From Candidatus Omnitrophota bacterium (GTDB taxonomy: Bacteria; Omnitrophota; Gorgyraeia; JAGLLT01), in the NCBI GenBank assembly GCA_030632085.1, contig DAOVJY010000001.1, positions 2,125-66,124 on the forward strand: a stretch of DNA of 64,000 nucleotides. The letters are read 5' to 3'. Under the pieces are notes generated by a model. It was not told where the DNA came from. It saw only the letters and a list, made by a program, of their open reading frames with translations, and did no database searches. Positions 39,801 to 49,627 of this stretch are shown here, piece after piece. Every line of letters begins with the position of its first letter. Positions within the stretch are counted from its first letter, which is position 1. Made by a program: the position numbers and the translations under genes.

Positions 39801-39999
39801 CTGTAACTAACTTCTCCACTTCTTGGGGAGCCGCTCCGGGATAAACTGTCTGAACAATAACCATATCAAAAGATACTTCAGGAAAGGCCTCACGCCTGAT
39901 ATGATAAACATAGATAGTAACCAGGCCCGCGATAATTATAAATATTGATATAAGATTAACGAGTAATGAATGCCTGACTGAAAATTCTGATATTTTCAT
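36850..39999 (-). CDS. RND efflux transporter permease (AcrB/AcrD/AcrF family)
   Basis: YPGAAPQEVE, LGMVVDDGIIVAEN, GIVVNDSIVLV, RLRPVILT; 1049 aa. Confidence 0.95.
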   Translation of the reverse strand: MKISEFSVRHSLLVNLISIFIIIAGLVTIYVYHIRREAFPEVSFDMVIVQTVYPGAAPQEVEKLVTVPMEKELKGVDGIETMVSSSIDNVSSIQLDISQDVKDKDKVVDDIEQAINRVTGLPDDAEEPIVTEITSGVIPIVKIVLSGQMSEEKLQGIAERLEDEIEDVPGVSSISRTGWRDREVWIEIDPAKLKEVHVSLREVMNALGKRNVSIPAGKIRGAEEITIRTTGEFFTLDEIENVIIRANDLGNALKIKDVAKVKFTFEDEDIINKSSGSRSIALTVIKRSSGDAVTIVDEAVRRTEEFISREDENLRVSYIDDLSYYIKRRLGVLKNNGIVGFILVICVLMFFLNHRTALLTALGIPIAFAATVTIMACLGISINLISMFGLIIVLGMVVDDGIIVAENCSRYVEKGYSPRDAAIKGTNEVLKPVITAVLTTIATFFPLFFFPGMMGKFLKNIPAVVIIALVASLLEALIILPSHFTDFIKVPKKGKLDSKKESHWFRHLLKFYTRVLKKALNKRYWVIGGVFMALIATFVLAFLMNFVLFGSEEGIEQFYIRAEAPVGTPLSKTNELIEQVEKMIAEMPEAQLASYTTQVGMMGQSWMFDEYGKSGSHVAQVTVYLTPYTERSKSVSEIIEALRPQMARVEGFNNLYFEKEQEGPPVGMAIAVEIRGESFEILNEIAESIMKYLGTIKGVSDVQNTHEVGRKEIQVVVDEKAAASSYVTIEDIAASVRFAFKGGVATSIKPTKAEEEIDVVVRFPEELRTDKNLFDKIMIPNQYGHLIPLKKVAHLKEKKAVSSISHLDGKRVITVRANVDNKNITSVAANKMLAKEFTGVENKYPGYDVTYGGEQKENEDVAKYFILAFGLALFLIFMILAATFNSMIQPFIVMMAIPFGLIGVIWAFFFHGLPLGFFMMVGFIGLTGIVVNDSIVLVEFINRLRRQGVERGKSIIEGGQLRLRPVILTTVTTVFGLIPVAYGIGGGDPFLKPLALTIVWGIMCATALTLIVLPCIYAIIDDFWEKIAGHATVKKNGRNSSGFMTFFNR

Positions 40000-40014
40000 G
40001 AGTTTTTCTTAATC

Positions 40015-41493
40015 TTACTCTGTTATTTTTATTAAATCATCCGTATCTAAATTAATTATAATATTATTTTTGGCTAATTCAAGCTCTATCCTGGAAACGC
40101 GGTATTCAAGGTATGACGCGGCCAGTGACATCTGCGCGTTTAGTAAATCATTTTGGTATCTTATTAAGATGTCTGAGTTTGATCTGCCGTATTTAGCTCT
40201 TTTTTCTTCGGCTATAAGTTTCTCGGCCTGCAATCTTACAATCTCTTCCCATCTTCGTATTTTCTCCGCGTCAATATTGACCCGTCGAACTCTAATATTT
40301 AATTCACTCGCAATCTCAACTTCCAGTTTTTTTAAGTTGATAAGCGCCTTTTCCTTCAAAAGAACCGCTTGCTTCTTTTGTGCCGCGGCGCTTCTGTTCT
40401 CTAAGGGCATACTAATACTAACTCCTAGATAATATTCAGAATTGTCTTTATCCGCGATATCTTTCAATGACCCCTTGCCGTCGGTGTCTATACCGTTTCT
40501 CTCGTATGTGGCCACCAGATCAATTTCCGGCCAGAGATTATTCTTCTTTATAACCAAATTTATATCTTGAGCCTCAACATTTTTTAAGGCTGCCCGATAA
40601 TCTCTTCTTTTGGCCACGGCATCTTTTAAGTGCGCAATATAATCAGCATTTGTATATGAAGTTACAAGGCTTTCGCTGGGCTTTATGATTTCGCCGGTAT
40701 CAATATTCAACTTAACCTTCAAGAGATTAGAGGCATTAACTATGTTATTTTGGGCTATTTCATAATGTATATTGCTAATGTTAAGGTTAGCTTCACTGGC
40801 ATAGAGATCCGGCTCCTCAGCAATTCCCCTATCAAATCTATCCTGATATATTTCATAAAGATGCTCGGCTCTCTTGAGCATATTATAATTAATCCCTGCC
40901 GCTTTATAAGTATAAACTAAATTCCAATAAGCAATTTCGCAATTAGCCAATGAAGCTTCTATCTTATTTAAACTATCCAGGCTTGCTTGTTCGTAGTTTA
41001 AAGTAGTTATCTTTACATTTCCCCTGTCTTCTAAACCAAAAAAGTTTTTACCCAAAGACTGCCTAATGGTAACTTTTGCCGATGACTCATATGAAGGGCT
41101 GATTATTACCAACTTCGAATCAGAATAGTCTCTTTGGTGAATAAAGTCGGCTTCAATCTTTGTACCGGTAGGAAGTTTTTTACTAATCCCGAAGTTATAC
41201 TCCGTTTCAGTAGATTTACTGGCTGAAGAACTGCTCACTGAGACTAACTCATCATCAGTATAACCGCCGCCGGCTTCAATTAGAATATCAAAAACCGACT
41301 TAGCGCTTTCTATGCTCGCTTTGGAATACTCGGCATCTATTTTAGCTAATTTAATATCTAAATTATTAGCTATAGCTAATTTTAGAGCGTCATCTCTTGA
41401 TAGCTCTATATTCAGATTTTCTGCTCGCGCAAAAATAGGGCAAGCGCAAAATAAGAATATTATGGATACGTATATATATTTTTTAAGGCTCAT
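40015..41493 (-). CDS. TolC-family outer membrane protein
   Basis: Signal peptide; LSRDDALKLAIANN, AYWNL, LWPEIDL, SMPLEN; directly upstream of RND. Confidence 0.9.
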   Translation of the reverse strand: MSLKKYIYVSIIFLFCACPIFARAENLNIELSRDDALKLAIANNLDIKLAKIDAEYSKASIESAKSVFDILIEAGGGYTDDELVSVSSSSASKSTETEYNFGISKKLPTGTKIEADFIHQRDYSDSKLVIISPSYESSAKVTIRQSLGKNFFGLEDRGNVKITTLNYEQASLDSLNKIEASLANCEIAYWNLVYTYKAAGINYNMLKRAEHLYEIYQDRFDRGIAEEPDLYASEANLNISNIHYEIAQNNIVNASNLLKVKLNIDTGEIIKPSESLVTSYTNADYIAHLKDAVAKRRDYRAALKNVEAQDINLVIKKNNLWPEIDLVATYERNGIDTDGKGSLKDIADKDNSEYYLGVSISMPLENRSAAAQKKQAVLLKEKALINLKKLEVEIASELNIRVRRVNIDAEKIRRWEEIVRLQAEKLIAEEKRAKYGRSNSDILIRYQNDLLNAQMSLAASYLEYRVSRIELELAKNNIIINLDTDDLIKITE

Positions 41494-41574
41494 TTTATTT
41501 ACCTATGCCGTTATATAAAACATTGTACATAAAGTAACTATATCATTTATTTACTATGAAATCAAATGAAGAGA

Positions 41575-41690
41575 AAGCAAGACACAAGACACAAGACACA
41601 AAACACAAGTCATAAGTCATAAGTCATAAGTCACAAGCAAAAAACAAAAAGCTTACAGCTCTCAGCTATCAGCCATCAGCTAAACGCTAA
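41575..41690. repeat. Heptamer tract between divergent genes
   Basis: AAGACAC x2, AAAACAC, AAGTCAT x3, AAGTCAC; then CAGCTCT CAGCTAT CAGCCAT CAGCTAA. Confidence 0.85.
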
Positions 41691-41768
41691 AAAAATAGCG
41701 GTAAAAAGGAAAGTCAAAAATATATTCCTTGAAATCTCCTGAGTTATATAAGATAATAAATCCTAATT

Positions 41769-43151
41769 ATGATTAAATTCTTCAAAAGAAATAAAACTAC
41801 TCCCAACCTAACAGAGGGTGATATTCTAAATAGCATTTTCATACTTGCCCTGCCCCTTTTAGTCCGGGCTGTCCTTGGTTCTTTTCAGTCGGTTATAGAT
41901 ATGTTCTGGGTCGGAAAACTTGGCCCAACGGCGCTAGCGGGCGTAGCTATGGGTGGAACTATTGTAATGGTCCTGTTTCCGCTTTTAATAGGTATCGGCA
42001 CCGGTACGACTGTAATGGTGGCTAGAGCCATAGGCGCGAAAAATCAGGAAGCGGCTGATAACGCGGCCACTCAATCAATTATTATAGCTCTCATTACAGC
42101 CGCGATTTTATGTTTAATTGGAATCTTATTTTCACGACAACTTCTAGAGTTACTGCAGGCAAGCCCCGAAGTTACAATTATAGGCCAAGGGTACCTTAAA
42201 GTTATTCTAGCGGGTGGTATTGCTATGACCATGCTTTTTCTGTGCGGTTCCATTTTACAAGGCGCCGGGGATACTATAACTCCTATGAAAATTATGGGGC
42301 TGTCTGTTGTCGTGAATATTATCATTGACCCTTTTTTGATTTTTGGCTGGTGCGGCCTGCCGGCATTAGGAGTCAAAGGCGCGGCCCTGGCTACTATTAT
42401 CGCGGAAGGCGCGGGAGCAATCATTTTACTGTATATATTATTTAAAGGTAAATCACATATACATATCAGGTTTGATAAATACAAAATAAATTTTGCGGCT
42501 ATCTGCCAGATATTTAAAATAGGCATACCTTCTTCTCTTCAAATGTTATTTCGGCACTTGATGAATTTAGTCCTAATGGGCATAGTGGCTACTTACGGAA
42601 CTTATGCCGTAGCCGCCTACGGCATTGGTTTGCGCCTGAGAATGATGTTTTTACTGCCCGCCTTCGCGTTTGGAACCGCGGCCGCGACCCTGGTTGGCCA
42701 AAACCTTGGAGCCCAACAACCTGAAAGAGCGCACAAAACAACCTGGCTGGCTGTACTGATAAATGCGGCTGTTATGGCATTTATAGGTATAGTCTTATTT
42801 ATATTTTCAGATACTATTATTAGCATCTTTAATAAAAATACTGACGTGGTCTTAATCGGGACAAGATACCTAAAAATAACTTCTCTCTTCTTCCCGGCCA
42901 TCGCCTTTGGGGTGGTTTGCGGAAGAGCTATTAACGGCGCCGGGGACACTATCCCGCCTATGATAATATCCTTTGTTTCTCTCTGGCTTATTCAAATACC
43001 CCTGGCTCTTATTTTGCCAAAATATACAATTTTAGGGCTTGACGGCATCTGGTGGGCTATATCAATAGCCACACTCACACAAGGCATATTAGCTTTCTTG
43101 TGGTTTGAAAGAGGAACCTGGAAACTAAAAAAGGTACATTTATATACATAA
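41769..43151 (+). CDS. MATE family efflux transporter
   Basis: NLTEG.I, DMFWVGKLG, GAGDT..PM, NIIIDP.LI, GAALAT, GQNLGA. Confidence 0.94.
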   Translation: MIKFFKRNKTTPNLTEGDILNSIFILALPLLVRAVLGSFQSVIDMFWVGKLGPTALAGVAMGGTIVMVLFPLLIGIGTGTTVMVARAIGAKNQEAADNAATQSIIIALITAAILCLIGILFSRQLLELLQASPEVTIIGQGYLKVILAGGIAMTMLFLCGSILQGAGDTITPMKIMGLSVVVNIIIDPFLIFGWCGLPALGVKGAALATIIAEGAGAIILLYILFKGKSHIHIRFDKYKINFAAICQIFKIGIPSSLQMLFRHLMNLVLMGIVATYGTYAVAAYGIGLRLRMMFLLPAFAFGTAAATLVGQNLGAQQPERAHKTTWLAVLINAAVMAFIGIVLFIFSDTIISIFNKNTDVVLIGTRYLKITSLFFPAIAFGVVCGRAINGAGDTIPPMIISFVSLWLIQIPLALILPKYTILGLDGIWWAISIATLTQGILAFLWFERGTWKLKKVHLYT

Positions 43152-45352
43152 TGGAAATCAAAGAGCTGTGCGAAAAGTTTAATTTAACACAAGAAGTAGC
43201 TGATATTCTCGCTAAAAAAGGCTATAAAAAGTTACATCCTCCTCAAGTGACGGCCTTAAAATCAGGCGTCTTAGAAGGTAAAAACTTTGTACTTGCCATG
43301 CCGACAGCCAGCGGCAAAACACTTATCGCTGAATTAGCTATGGTAAAATCAATTTTATCTAAAAACGGTAAGGCCTTATATGTTGTTCCTTTAAGGGCAT
43401 TAGCCAGTGAAAAATACGAAGACCTCAAAGAAAAGTATTCACAGTTGGGGCTTAAAATAGCTTTAGCTACAGGCGACTATGATATACCATCAAAGTCTTT
43501 AGCAAATTATGATATTATTGTATCTACTTCGGAAAAAGTTGACTCACTCTTAAGATTCAGGGCTCGGTGGCTGACTGAAAGTTTAACTATAGCCGTTTTT
43601 GATGAAATTCACCTTATAGATGACAGTTCCAGGGGCCCAACATTAGAAATCCTTATAGCCAGGCTCAAACAAGCTAACTCCTCCATACAGCTTGTTGGCT
43701 TATCGGCTACTATAAAAAACGCGAACCAAATCGCCTCCTGGCTTGAGGCTGAGTGCTTCTTGAGCAGCTGGCGGCCGGTTAAACTCAAAGAAGGTGTCTA
43801 TTATGATAAGGTTATCTATTTTGAAGATGGAGATAAAAGGGAGGTTTCCGGCTCCTCAACCACGGGCATTAACTCTCTCTGCATTGAAACAATCCGGGAA
43901 AACGGCCAGGTCTTAGTTTTTGTAAGCACCAGGCGTTCCACTCAAGCGGAAGCCAGACGCATCGCGACTATCTTAAGTAAAGCCTTAACTGACGAAGAAA
44001 AAATCATCTTGAATCACCTTTCTAAAAAAATAAAAACCTCTTCCTCTGAATCCACTAAAGTAGCGATTGAATTAGCCGAGTGTATAAATAGCGGCGTTGC
44101 CTTCCATCATGCGGGCCTAACTCACAATCTAAGAAAACTCGTTGAAGATAACTTTAAGAAAAATATTATAAAGGTTATTTGCTGCACACCTACCCTGGCC
44201 GCGGGCGTCAACTTACCGGCCAGAAGAGTAATCATCAGAGATTATAAAAGATTTGAATCAAGTATCGGCTCTCATTATATCGCGGTTTTTGAATATAAAC
44301 AAATGCGCGGACGCGCGGGAAGGCCTAAATATGATACCTATGGCGAGTCCATATTAATCGCCAAGTCGCAAGATGAAAAAGATGCTCTTTTTGAAGACTT
44401 TGTCCACGCTGAACCTGAACCTATTATTTCAAAATTAGGACAAGAAAACGTCCTTTGCACGCATATACTTTCATCTATCGCGGCCGGATATGTACATACT
44501 GAAAAAGGCCTTATGGATTTTTTATCAAACACCTTCTTCGCCATCCAGGAAGACCCGCAAGTACTTTGCTATTTGACTGATAAAGTTATTGATTTTTTAT
44601 GCTTTGAGGAACTAATCACCTCCGATAATGGAAAATACAGAGCAACGGCTTTTGGCAACCTGATCTCAAGGCTATATATTAACCCTCAAACAGGGGTTAT
44701 TATCAGAAAAGGCCTTAAGAACTCAATGGAAATACATCCCTCAACTATAGCCTTATTACATTTAATCAGCAGTTGCCCTAATATGCCTAATATAAGATTA
44801 AATAAAAAGAATAAAGATGAAGTAGAAATGTTTTTCGGCCTCAACAGCGATAATCTTTTACTGCCGTTTCAAAGATACTACAGCCATTCGGACTATAATA
44901 TGTATTTACAATCGTTAACCACCGCTTTAATGTTCAATGAATGGGTGGAGGAAACAAAAGAAGACAGTATCTGCGATAAATATCCTGTAGGCCCGGGAGA
45001 CATCAGGCGACTAATCGAAACAGCCAAATGGCTTTTATATTCCAGCGAACAGATAGCCGCTCTTTTTAACATCAATATTGTCGCCTCTAAGCTCCAAGCC
45101 CTTCAAAAAAGAATTCAATATGGCATAAAAGAAGAACTGCTTTCATTGGTCAGCATTAGAAGCGTGGGGCGTGTAAGGGCCAGAAACTTATTTTCCGCCG
45201 GCATAAAAAACCCCTTTGATATTAAGAGAGTTAATCTTGACGCCCTCATAAAAGCGGGCGGAATCGGTAAGACGGTTGCCGCGGGAATTAAGAAACACGT
45301 CGAAAGTGATAAATTCAATCCTTCAATACTGCTCAGGATTGACCCTGAGTAA
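43151..45352 (+). CDS. Ski2-like / Hel308 (Hjm) ATP-dependent DNA helicase
   Basis: PTASGKT, DEIH, GLSAT, FHHAGL, TPTLAAGVNLPA, QMRGRAGRP, C-terminal GRVRAR HhH motif. Confidence 0.92.
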   Translation: MEIKELCEKFNLTQEVADILAKKGYKKLHPPQVTALKSGVLEGKNFVLAMPTASGKTLIAELAMVKSILSKNGKALYVVPLRALASEKYEDLKEKYSQLGLKIALATGDYDIPSKSLANYDIIVSTSEKVDSLLRFRARWLTESLTIAVFDEIHLIDDSSRGPTLEILIARLKQANSSIQLVGLSATIKNANQIASWLEAECFLSSWRPVKLKEGVYYDKVIYFEDGDKREVSGSSTTGINSLCIETIRENGQVLVFVSTRRSTQAEARRIATILSKALTDEEKIILNHLSKKIKTSSSESTKVAIELAECINSGVAFHHAGLTHNLRKLVEDNFKKNIIKVICCTPTLAAGVNLPARRVIIRDYKRFESSIGSHYIAVFEYKQMRGRAGRPKYDTYGESILIAKSQDEKDALFEDFVHAEPEPIISKLGQENVLCTHILSSIAAGYVHTEKGLMDFLSNTFFAIQEDPQVLCYLTDKVIDFLCFEELITSDNGKYRATAFGNLISRLYINPQTGVIIRKGLKNSMEIHPSTIALLHLISSCPNMPNIRLNKKNKDEVEMFFGLNSDNLLLPFQRYYSHSDYNMYLQSLTTALMFNEWVEETKEDSICDKYPVGPGDIRRLIETAKWLLYSSEQIAALFNINIVASKLQALQKRIQYGIKEELLSLVSIRSVGRVRARNLFSAGIKNPFDIKRVNLDALIKAGGIGKTVAAGIKKHVESDKFNPSILLRIDPE

Positions 45353-45365
45353 ATTGAAGGGTCAA
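45315..45365 (+). repeat. REP-like bipartite palindromic element (copy 2), overlaps helicase stop codon
   Basis: One mismatch to 17745..17795; encodes the terminal NPSILLRIDPE*. Confidence 0.9.
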
Positions 45366-45417
45366 AAAAACTAGGCCAAAAAAGAGATAAAAAAACGGTC
45401 GCTGTCCCTATTTTACA

Positions 45418-47556
45418 CTATTTTTTGTGCACTTGCTCCAGCCTACCGTCCTGGCTCCGGGGCGCAGTAGGAGCTCGCCAGTTCCAATCAACATTGGGCT
45501 CCCAGTTACTGTCTTTCATAGGTGAAATAATAATATCAATCGGCTCACTAAAGAGACCGCTGCAGTTAAAGACGGCTTCTAAATTACTTCCATTACTGAG
45601 GCTAAATAAACCAATTGATAACATATCGCGTAAATCATCAAAACCATCAATATCATAGGCGTCAAGGAGGTTATCGAGATCATCAACGCCGTCAGCACCA
45701 CCCGCTTTATTTATAACATAAAATTCAGCTTTTAAAGTACGCTCATCGCCAATCTTAATCTCAAACCCATCGCCTACTTGCTCTACATCCCCATAATAAT
45801 CATTAATATTGCTATATTCAACCATGTCGTTCACCTTAAACTCATAATCTGAAACAGCTTGATACCGGTCCCCGACTCCACCATTTATCCCACCAAAGTA
45901 AACAGTCTCCTTAATAGAGTCATTATTATGGGCTAAATCTATTTCCATTTTTGTCGGATAAGCAAGTTTAGAATTACTCATCTTCACTTGATAATAAGTC
46001 CCGTTATCACTGGTAATTATATAAATATCGTCATCCTCAAACACATTTAAATAATCCTGCCAAGGCAATTCATTTAGCTCATCACCTTCAATATCTCTAT
46101 TAAAGGTAGTTGTGAAACTCAATGTCGATAACCCATGCCTGCCGCCTTGTTCGCTGGCATCAGCCGTACGTAAGTTTATATCCAGAATCTGAACCTGATT
46201 ATCAGCCGGGCGCATGATGTATTGCTCAACCCTTACTCTATTGCCATGCATATCTTTCATGACTTTATGCATTTGAGCATCAGATAATTGAGTCACGCGG
46301 GCATCCATATCGCGCCAATAAATATCTTTCCTATGTTGAGCAATATCATTCCTGATATCGCCTTCTTCAATAAGGTTGTAAAACTCCTGCCTCATTTCAT
46401 ATCGAGAACCATATCTATCTGAATGAATTGCACTATCATCAGCAAACGCGTCTTCATTATTACCCCAACCATCCGAATCAGAATCATACTGATCGTAATA
46501 ATCCCTCGGGAAGGCATCGCCGGAATTAACAACTCCATCACCGTCTATATCACCATCAAACTCATCATCAACTCCATCACCATCTAAATCATTGCCTGAG
46601 GCACGGTTTGGATCGGTAGGATATAAATCGTCTTTATCTAAAACGCCATCGCCATCACTATCCTTATCCGTATCGCCTCTTAAAGCTGAACCCTGAACAT
46701 TCTGTTCATTTTTCTTATTATCTCTGGCGTCTTTAGATTTACTATCTAAATTTTTACTCATATTGGAAGCATCTTTATTAAGATTACTGCCGGCACCTTC
46801 AGGAGGCGCTGTGTATGGGTCGGCGGTTTTACCTGACGGCCTGGAAAGGTTTTCATTGCAGAATTCACCCAAATCTTTCACCCACGAATTCCATCTTCTT
46901 TTCTGCCAGGAACCAATTCTTTTAGTTGGGCCTATAAAGCCTCCGCCTCCCATAGTTTTCTTATGGCCTTCATTTATATTAGACTGATCGCCTCTTGGCC
47001 GTCCCTGATCATCTAAGGGCTGCATGAATATTTTATTTTCAAAACAATAAGCGATGGTTTTAGGATTATGGGTTACTTTCCAGCCGGTACCCTTGGCGCC
47101 GCAAATAGCCACAGGTGTCTTTATTTCAAAATGAGTACCTTTACCGGTTTTTTGTAAAATACAGGAGAGTTCACCTTTATCAAGTAAAATTTGCGTATTA
47201 TCAGGTGATATTCTGGTAAGTTCAATAAAAGAAGCGCGTTCTACGCGTACCACATTTTTCTTAGCTGATTCCTCGGCATAGTTAAGCATAAGCTCAATAT
47301 AAGAAGCGGTTTTACCTGTCTTAATCCTAGTGCCGCTTTTTAACTTCATACCTACCGCGGGTATCATCCAGTCATTATCGTTCTTTTTCTGGATTTTAAC
47401 GTTGCCTTTGTAGCGAATTACCACAGCATCAGTTCCGGTAAATTTAATATCGCTAAGACTACTATCGTCCGCGGAACATATATCCGCCACGATAAACAAT
47501 GTCCCGATAAAGCCAAAGACTATAAATATAAAGAGACAAAAACGAATGAATTTCAT
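45418..47556 (-). CDS. Exported FecR-domain protein with thrombospondin type-3 Ca-binding repeats
   Basis: N-terminal hydrophobic helix; IKTG..FEIKTPVAICGAKGT FecR motif; DSDGDGVLD/DLDGDGVDD/DAFP repeats. Confidence 0.82.
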   Translation of the reverse strand: MKFIRFCLFIFIVFGFIGTLFIVADICSADDSSLSDIKFTGTDAVVIRYKGNVKIQKKNDNDWMIPAVGMKLKSGTRIKTGKTASYIELMLNYAEESAKKNVVRVERASFIELTRISPDNTQILLDKGELSCILQKTGKGTHFEIKTPVAICGAKGTGWKVTHNPKTIAYCFENKIFMQPLDDQGRPRGDQSNINEGHKKTMGGGGFIGPTKRIGSWQKRRWNSWVKDLGEFCNENLSRPSGKTADPYTAPPEGAGSNLNKDASNMSKNLDSKSKDARDNKKNEQNVQGSALRGDTDKDSDGDGVLDKDDLYPTDPNRASGNDLDGDGVDDEFDGDIDGDGVVNSGDAFPRDYYDQYDSDSDGWGNNEDAFADDSAIHSDRYGSRYEMRQEFYNLIEEGDIRNDIAQHRKDIYWRDMDARVTQLSDAQMHKVMKDMHGNRVRVEQYIMRPADNQVQILDINLRTADASEQGGRHGLSTLSFTTTFNRDIEGDELNELPWQDYLNVFEDDDIYIITSDNGTYYQVKMSNSKLAYPTKMEIDLAHNNDSIKETVYFGGINGGVGDRYQAVSDYEFKVNDMVEYSNINDYYGDVEQVGDGFEIKIGDERTLKAEFYVINKAGGADGVDDLDNLLDAYDIDGFDDLRDMLSIGLFSLSNGSNLEAVFNCSGLFSEPIDIIISPMKDSNWEPNVDWNWRAPTAPRSQDGRLEQVHKK

Positions 47557-47705
47557 AATACACCTCTTGTCCTGAGTTTCGCTTGTAGAATTAAATACAC
47601 GTTATAAAGTCATAAAAAACTATTTATACTATATCAGAGAGGCTTATTCCAGTCAAGTAAAAATTCTTGCTATTCTTCTTCAAAAAATTGCTATTAAATA
47701 ACAAC

Positions 47706-48311
47706 TTAATCTTTAAGATGATAATCAATAAACTGTGAGAGGAGTTCTCTGACAGTTTCCGGCGGACGGACAATAAAGTAGTGGTTTACAATCGCGTGGC
47801 CCAACTCATGCGCCAAAACATTCTCATTAATTCTATCTTCCGTAGTATATATCGTGTTATTTTCATATACGTAAAACGAATAAAGATGTCTACGCTCACC
47901 CATAATTTCTTCATAGGCATCATCGAGCATTTTTGTGGCTTTATAAAAAACCACGTTAACATGAAAATCGGCGGGATACATATCAAGTATCTGCTCCGAC
48001 CTTAAAAGAATTATGTCACATTTCAGGGCAACTCTTTTCGAAACACTGCCCTCGGCTTTAAGAGCGTTTTTTTCTGTCGCGAGGATATTAATAAATTTAA
48101 TGTTCAAACGCTTATCTAATTTATCAAAGTCGATATTGCCCACAAAATAAAGCGTACAATATTCACCTTCAACCTTATAAGCATTGTTCAATTCATCCGC
48201 CGGTACCCCGGATGAAAAAACAGAAATAAGCAAGGCGCTTATAAATAGAACTAACGCGAAAGCACGAGTTCCATTAAAGCTTGAACGTATTGATTTCCCG
48301 GGAGATATCAT
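47706..48311 (-). CDS. Exported protein with HExxH zinc-peptidase-like motif
   Basis: VLAHELGHAIV..E motif and hydrophobic signal segment; start codon uncertain. Confidence 0.65.
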   Translation of the reverse strand: MISPGKSIRSSFNGTRAFALVLFISALLISVFSSGVPADELNNAYKVEGEYCTLYFVGNIDFDKLDKRLNIKFINILATEKNALKAEGSVSKRVALKCDIILLRSEQILDMYPADFHVNVVFYKATKMLDDAYEEIMGERRHLYSFYVYENNTIYTTEDRINENVLAHELGHAIVNHYFIVRPPETVRELLSQFIDYHLKD

Positions 48312-48831
48312 CTATAAGCTCTTTAGCCTCTTTACTTGTTTGATTTTTATCAGACTGTTTTTCCGCAATCAGAGAAAGAGCGTCTATCTTCTCTCTAAGT
48401 GATGAAATTCGCCTATTTAACGATTTGACCATTATATCTAAACTTTCGGCTACAATTTGCAGCTGATCCGCGGAACGCAGTTTTACTTCAAGGCTCAAGT
48501 TTCCATCTGTCACCTCTCGCGCCACTCTCTCAAATCTATATGCCGGGCCAACTATTTTATGTGATAAAAATAATGTAATTGAAATTACAGCCAAACTAAT
48601 TATAACTGTTGTAATTAGAGCTGTTAAAACCATCGAAGGTAAAAGGTAGTCCGCGGTAGACTTAATCACCAGCCTCGAATTTTCAAAAGCGGTAGTGCAG
48701 CTGGTCATTGAAAACATATACACCAAAGCGCCAAATACCAAACACGCCAAAGCTATAAGAAGGCAAAACTTAATTATAAATTTTGATTGAAAACTCTTGT
48801 TAATGTAATATTTTCTTCTTTTATTTGACAT
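48274..48831 (-). CDS. Small 2-TM HAMP-domain protein
   Basis: RRKYYI..FQ, two TM helices, SHKIVGP, GNLS..LR..DQL HAMP. Confidence 0.8.
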   Translation of the reverse strand: MSNKRRKYYINKSFQSKFIIKFCLLIALACLVFGALVYMFSMTSCTTAFENSRLVIKSTADYLLPSMVLTALITTVIISLAVISITLFLSHKIVGPAYRFERVAREVTDGNLSLEVKLRSADQLQIVAESLDIMVKSLNRRISSLREKIDALSLIAEKQSDKNQTSKEAKELIDDISREINTFKL

Positions 48832-48846
48832 TCAAAGCCTCCAATT

Positions 48847-49419
48847 TTATTCTAAGTTAATTTGCTTAAGAACCTCTTCATTAATTTTGATGTAAGATTT
48901 ATCTTTTAATTCTTCAATCCAGCCTCTCATCATGGCAGTCTCTTTTTCACATCTGATGATTCTTTTAATCTCGGGCTTAACTTCCGCCAAAATCTCCACA
49001 TCGGGATTCTTCTCCTTGAGAACTTTGTAATACGCCTGAATCTCATTATCATAAATAAAAACCTGATCAGATATCTCTTTTGCCTTTTTTTCAATTAACA
49101 TAATAAGTAAAGTTTGTTTCCAGTAACTCTCTATTTTTTTTCTGAACCTTTCATCTTTATCTAAGTTGAGGCTCTGAGCCTCCCGCAAAAGTACTTCTTT
49201 CTCTATGACATCATTTAAGGCGTTTAGCCTGCCCGCGTACGTTTTTATGCTCCGCGGCCTATAAAGAGATAGGCTTTTAATATCCTCCTTAAAATCATTA
49301 ACACTCATATAATAGGAATCAATTTGGGCGACCGTTTCAGAACTTTTTGAATTTTCCGAACAATTAATTTGTAAAATGGCTAAAATTGATATGCTAACGC
49401 AAAGTAAAATTTTACGCAT
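48847..49419 (-). CDS. SurA/PrsA N-terminal-like chaperone, probable lipoprotein
   Basis: VAQID..MSV.DF, IEKEVLLREA..NLDK, EIQAYY, WIEELK..IKIN. Confidence 0.72.
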   Translation of the reverse strand: MRKILLCVSISILAILQINCSENSKSSETVAQIDSYYMSVNDFKEDIKSLSLYRPRSIKTYAGRLNALNDVIEKEVLLREAQSLNLDKDERFRKKIESYWKQTLLIMLIEKKAKEISDQVFIYDNEIQAYYKVLKEKNPDVEILAEVKPEIKRIIRCEKETAMMRGWIEELKDKSYIKINEEVLKQINLE

Positions 49420-49627
49420 TACATCTCTCCCTTGAGTAGTTTAAGTTAACGTCACATGACATAACGTAAATAAAAAACCGCCTTTAAAATCAATATATTA
49501 CGCTTCTTATAAGCCATTTGTCAAGCGCCATTAAATAAGGTAGATTTATCTTTACATAATAAATAGTATATACTATAATTATTAATTAGTGTAAGTAATG
49601 ATTCAATATTTATAAAGGGGCGGGAGG

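Noticed and set aside
39119-39844. Long antisense ORFs (this 241-aa one, 8544-9077, 18497-18967 and similar)
   Set aside because: Shadow frames of well-supported genes with no recognisable motifs.
48250-48274. ATG overlapping the HAMP gene stop as start of the HExxH protein (possible frameshift)
   Set aside because: That frame ends after 7 codons; an upstream TTG start is equally possible and I cannot decide between them.
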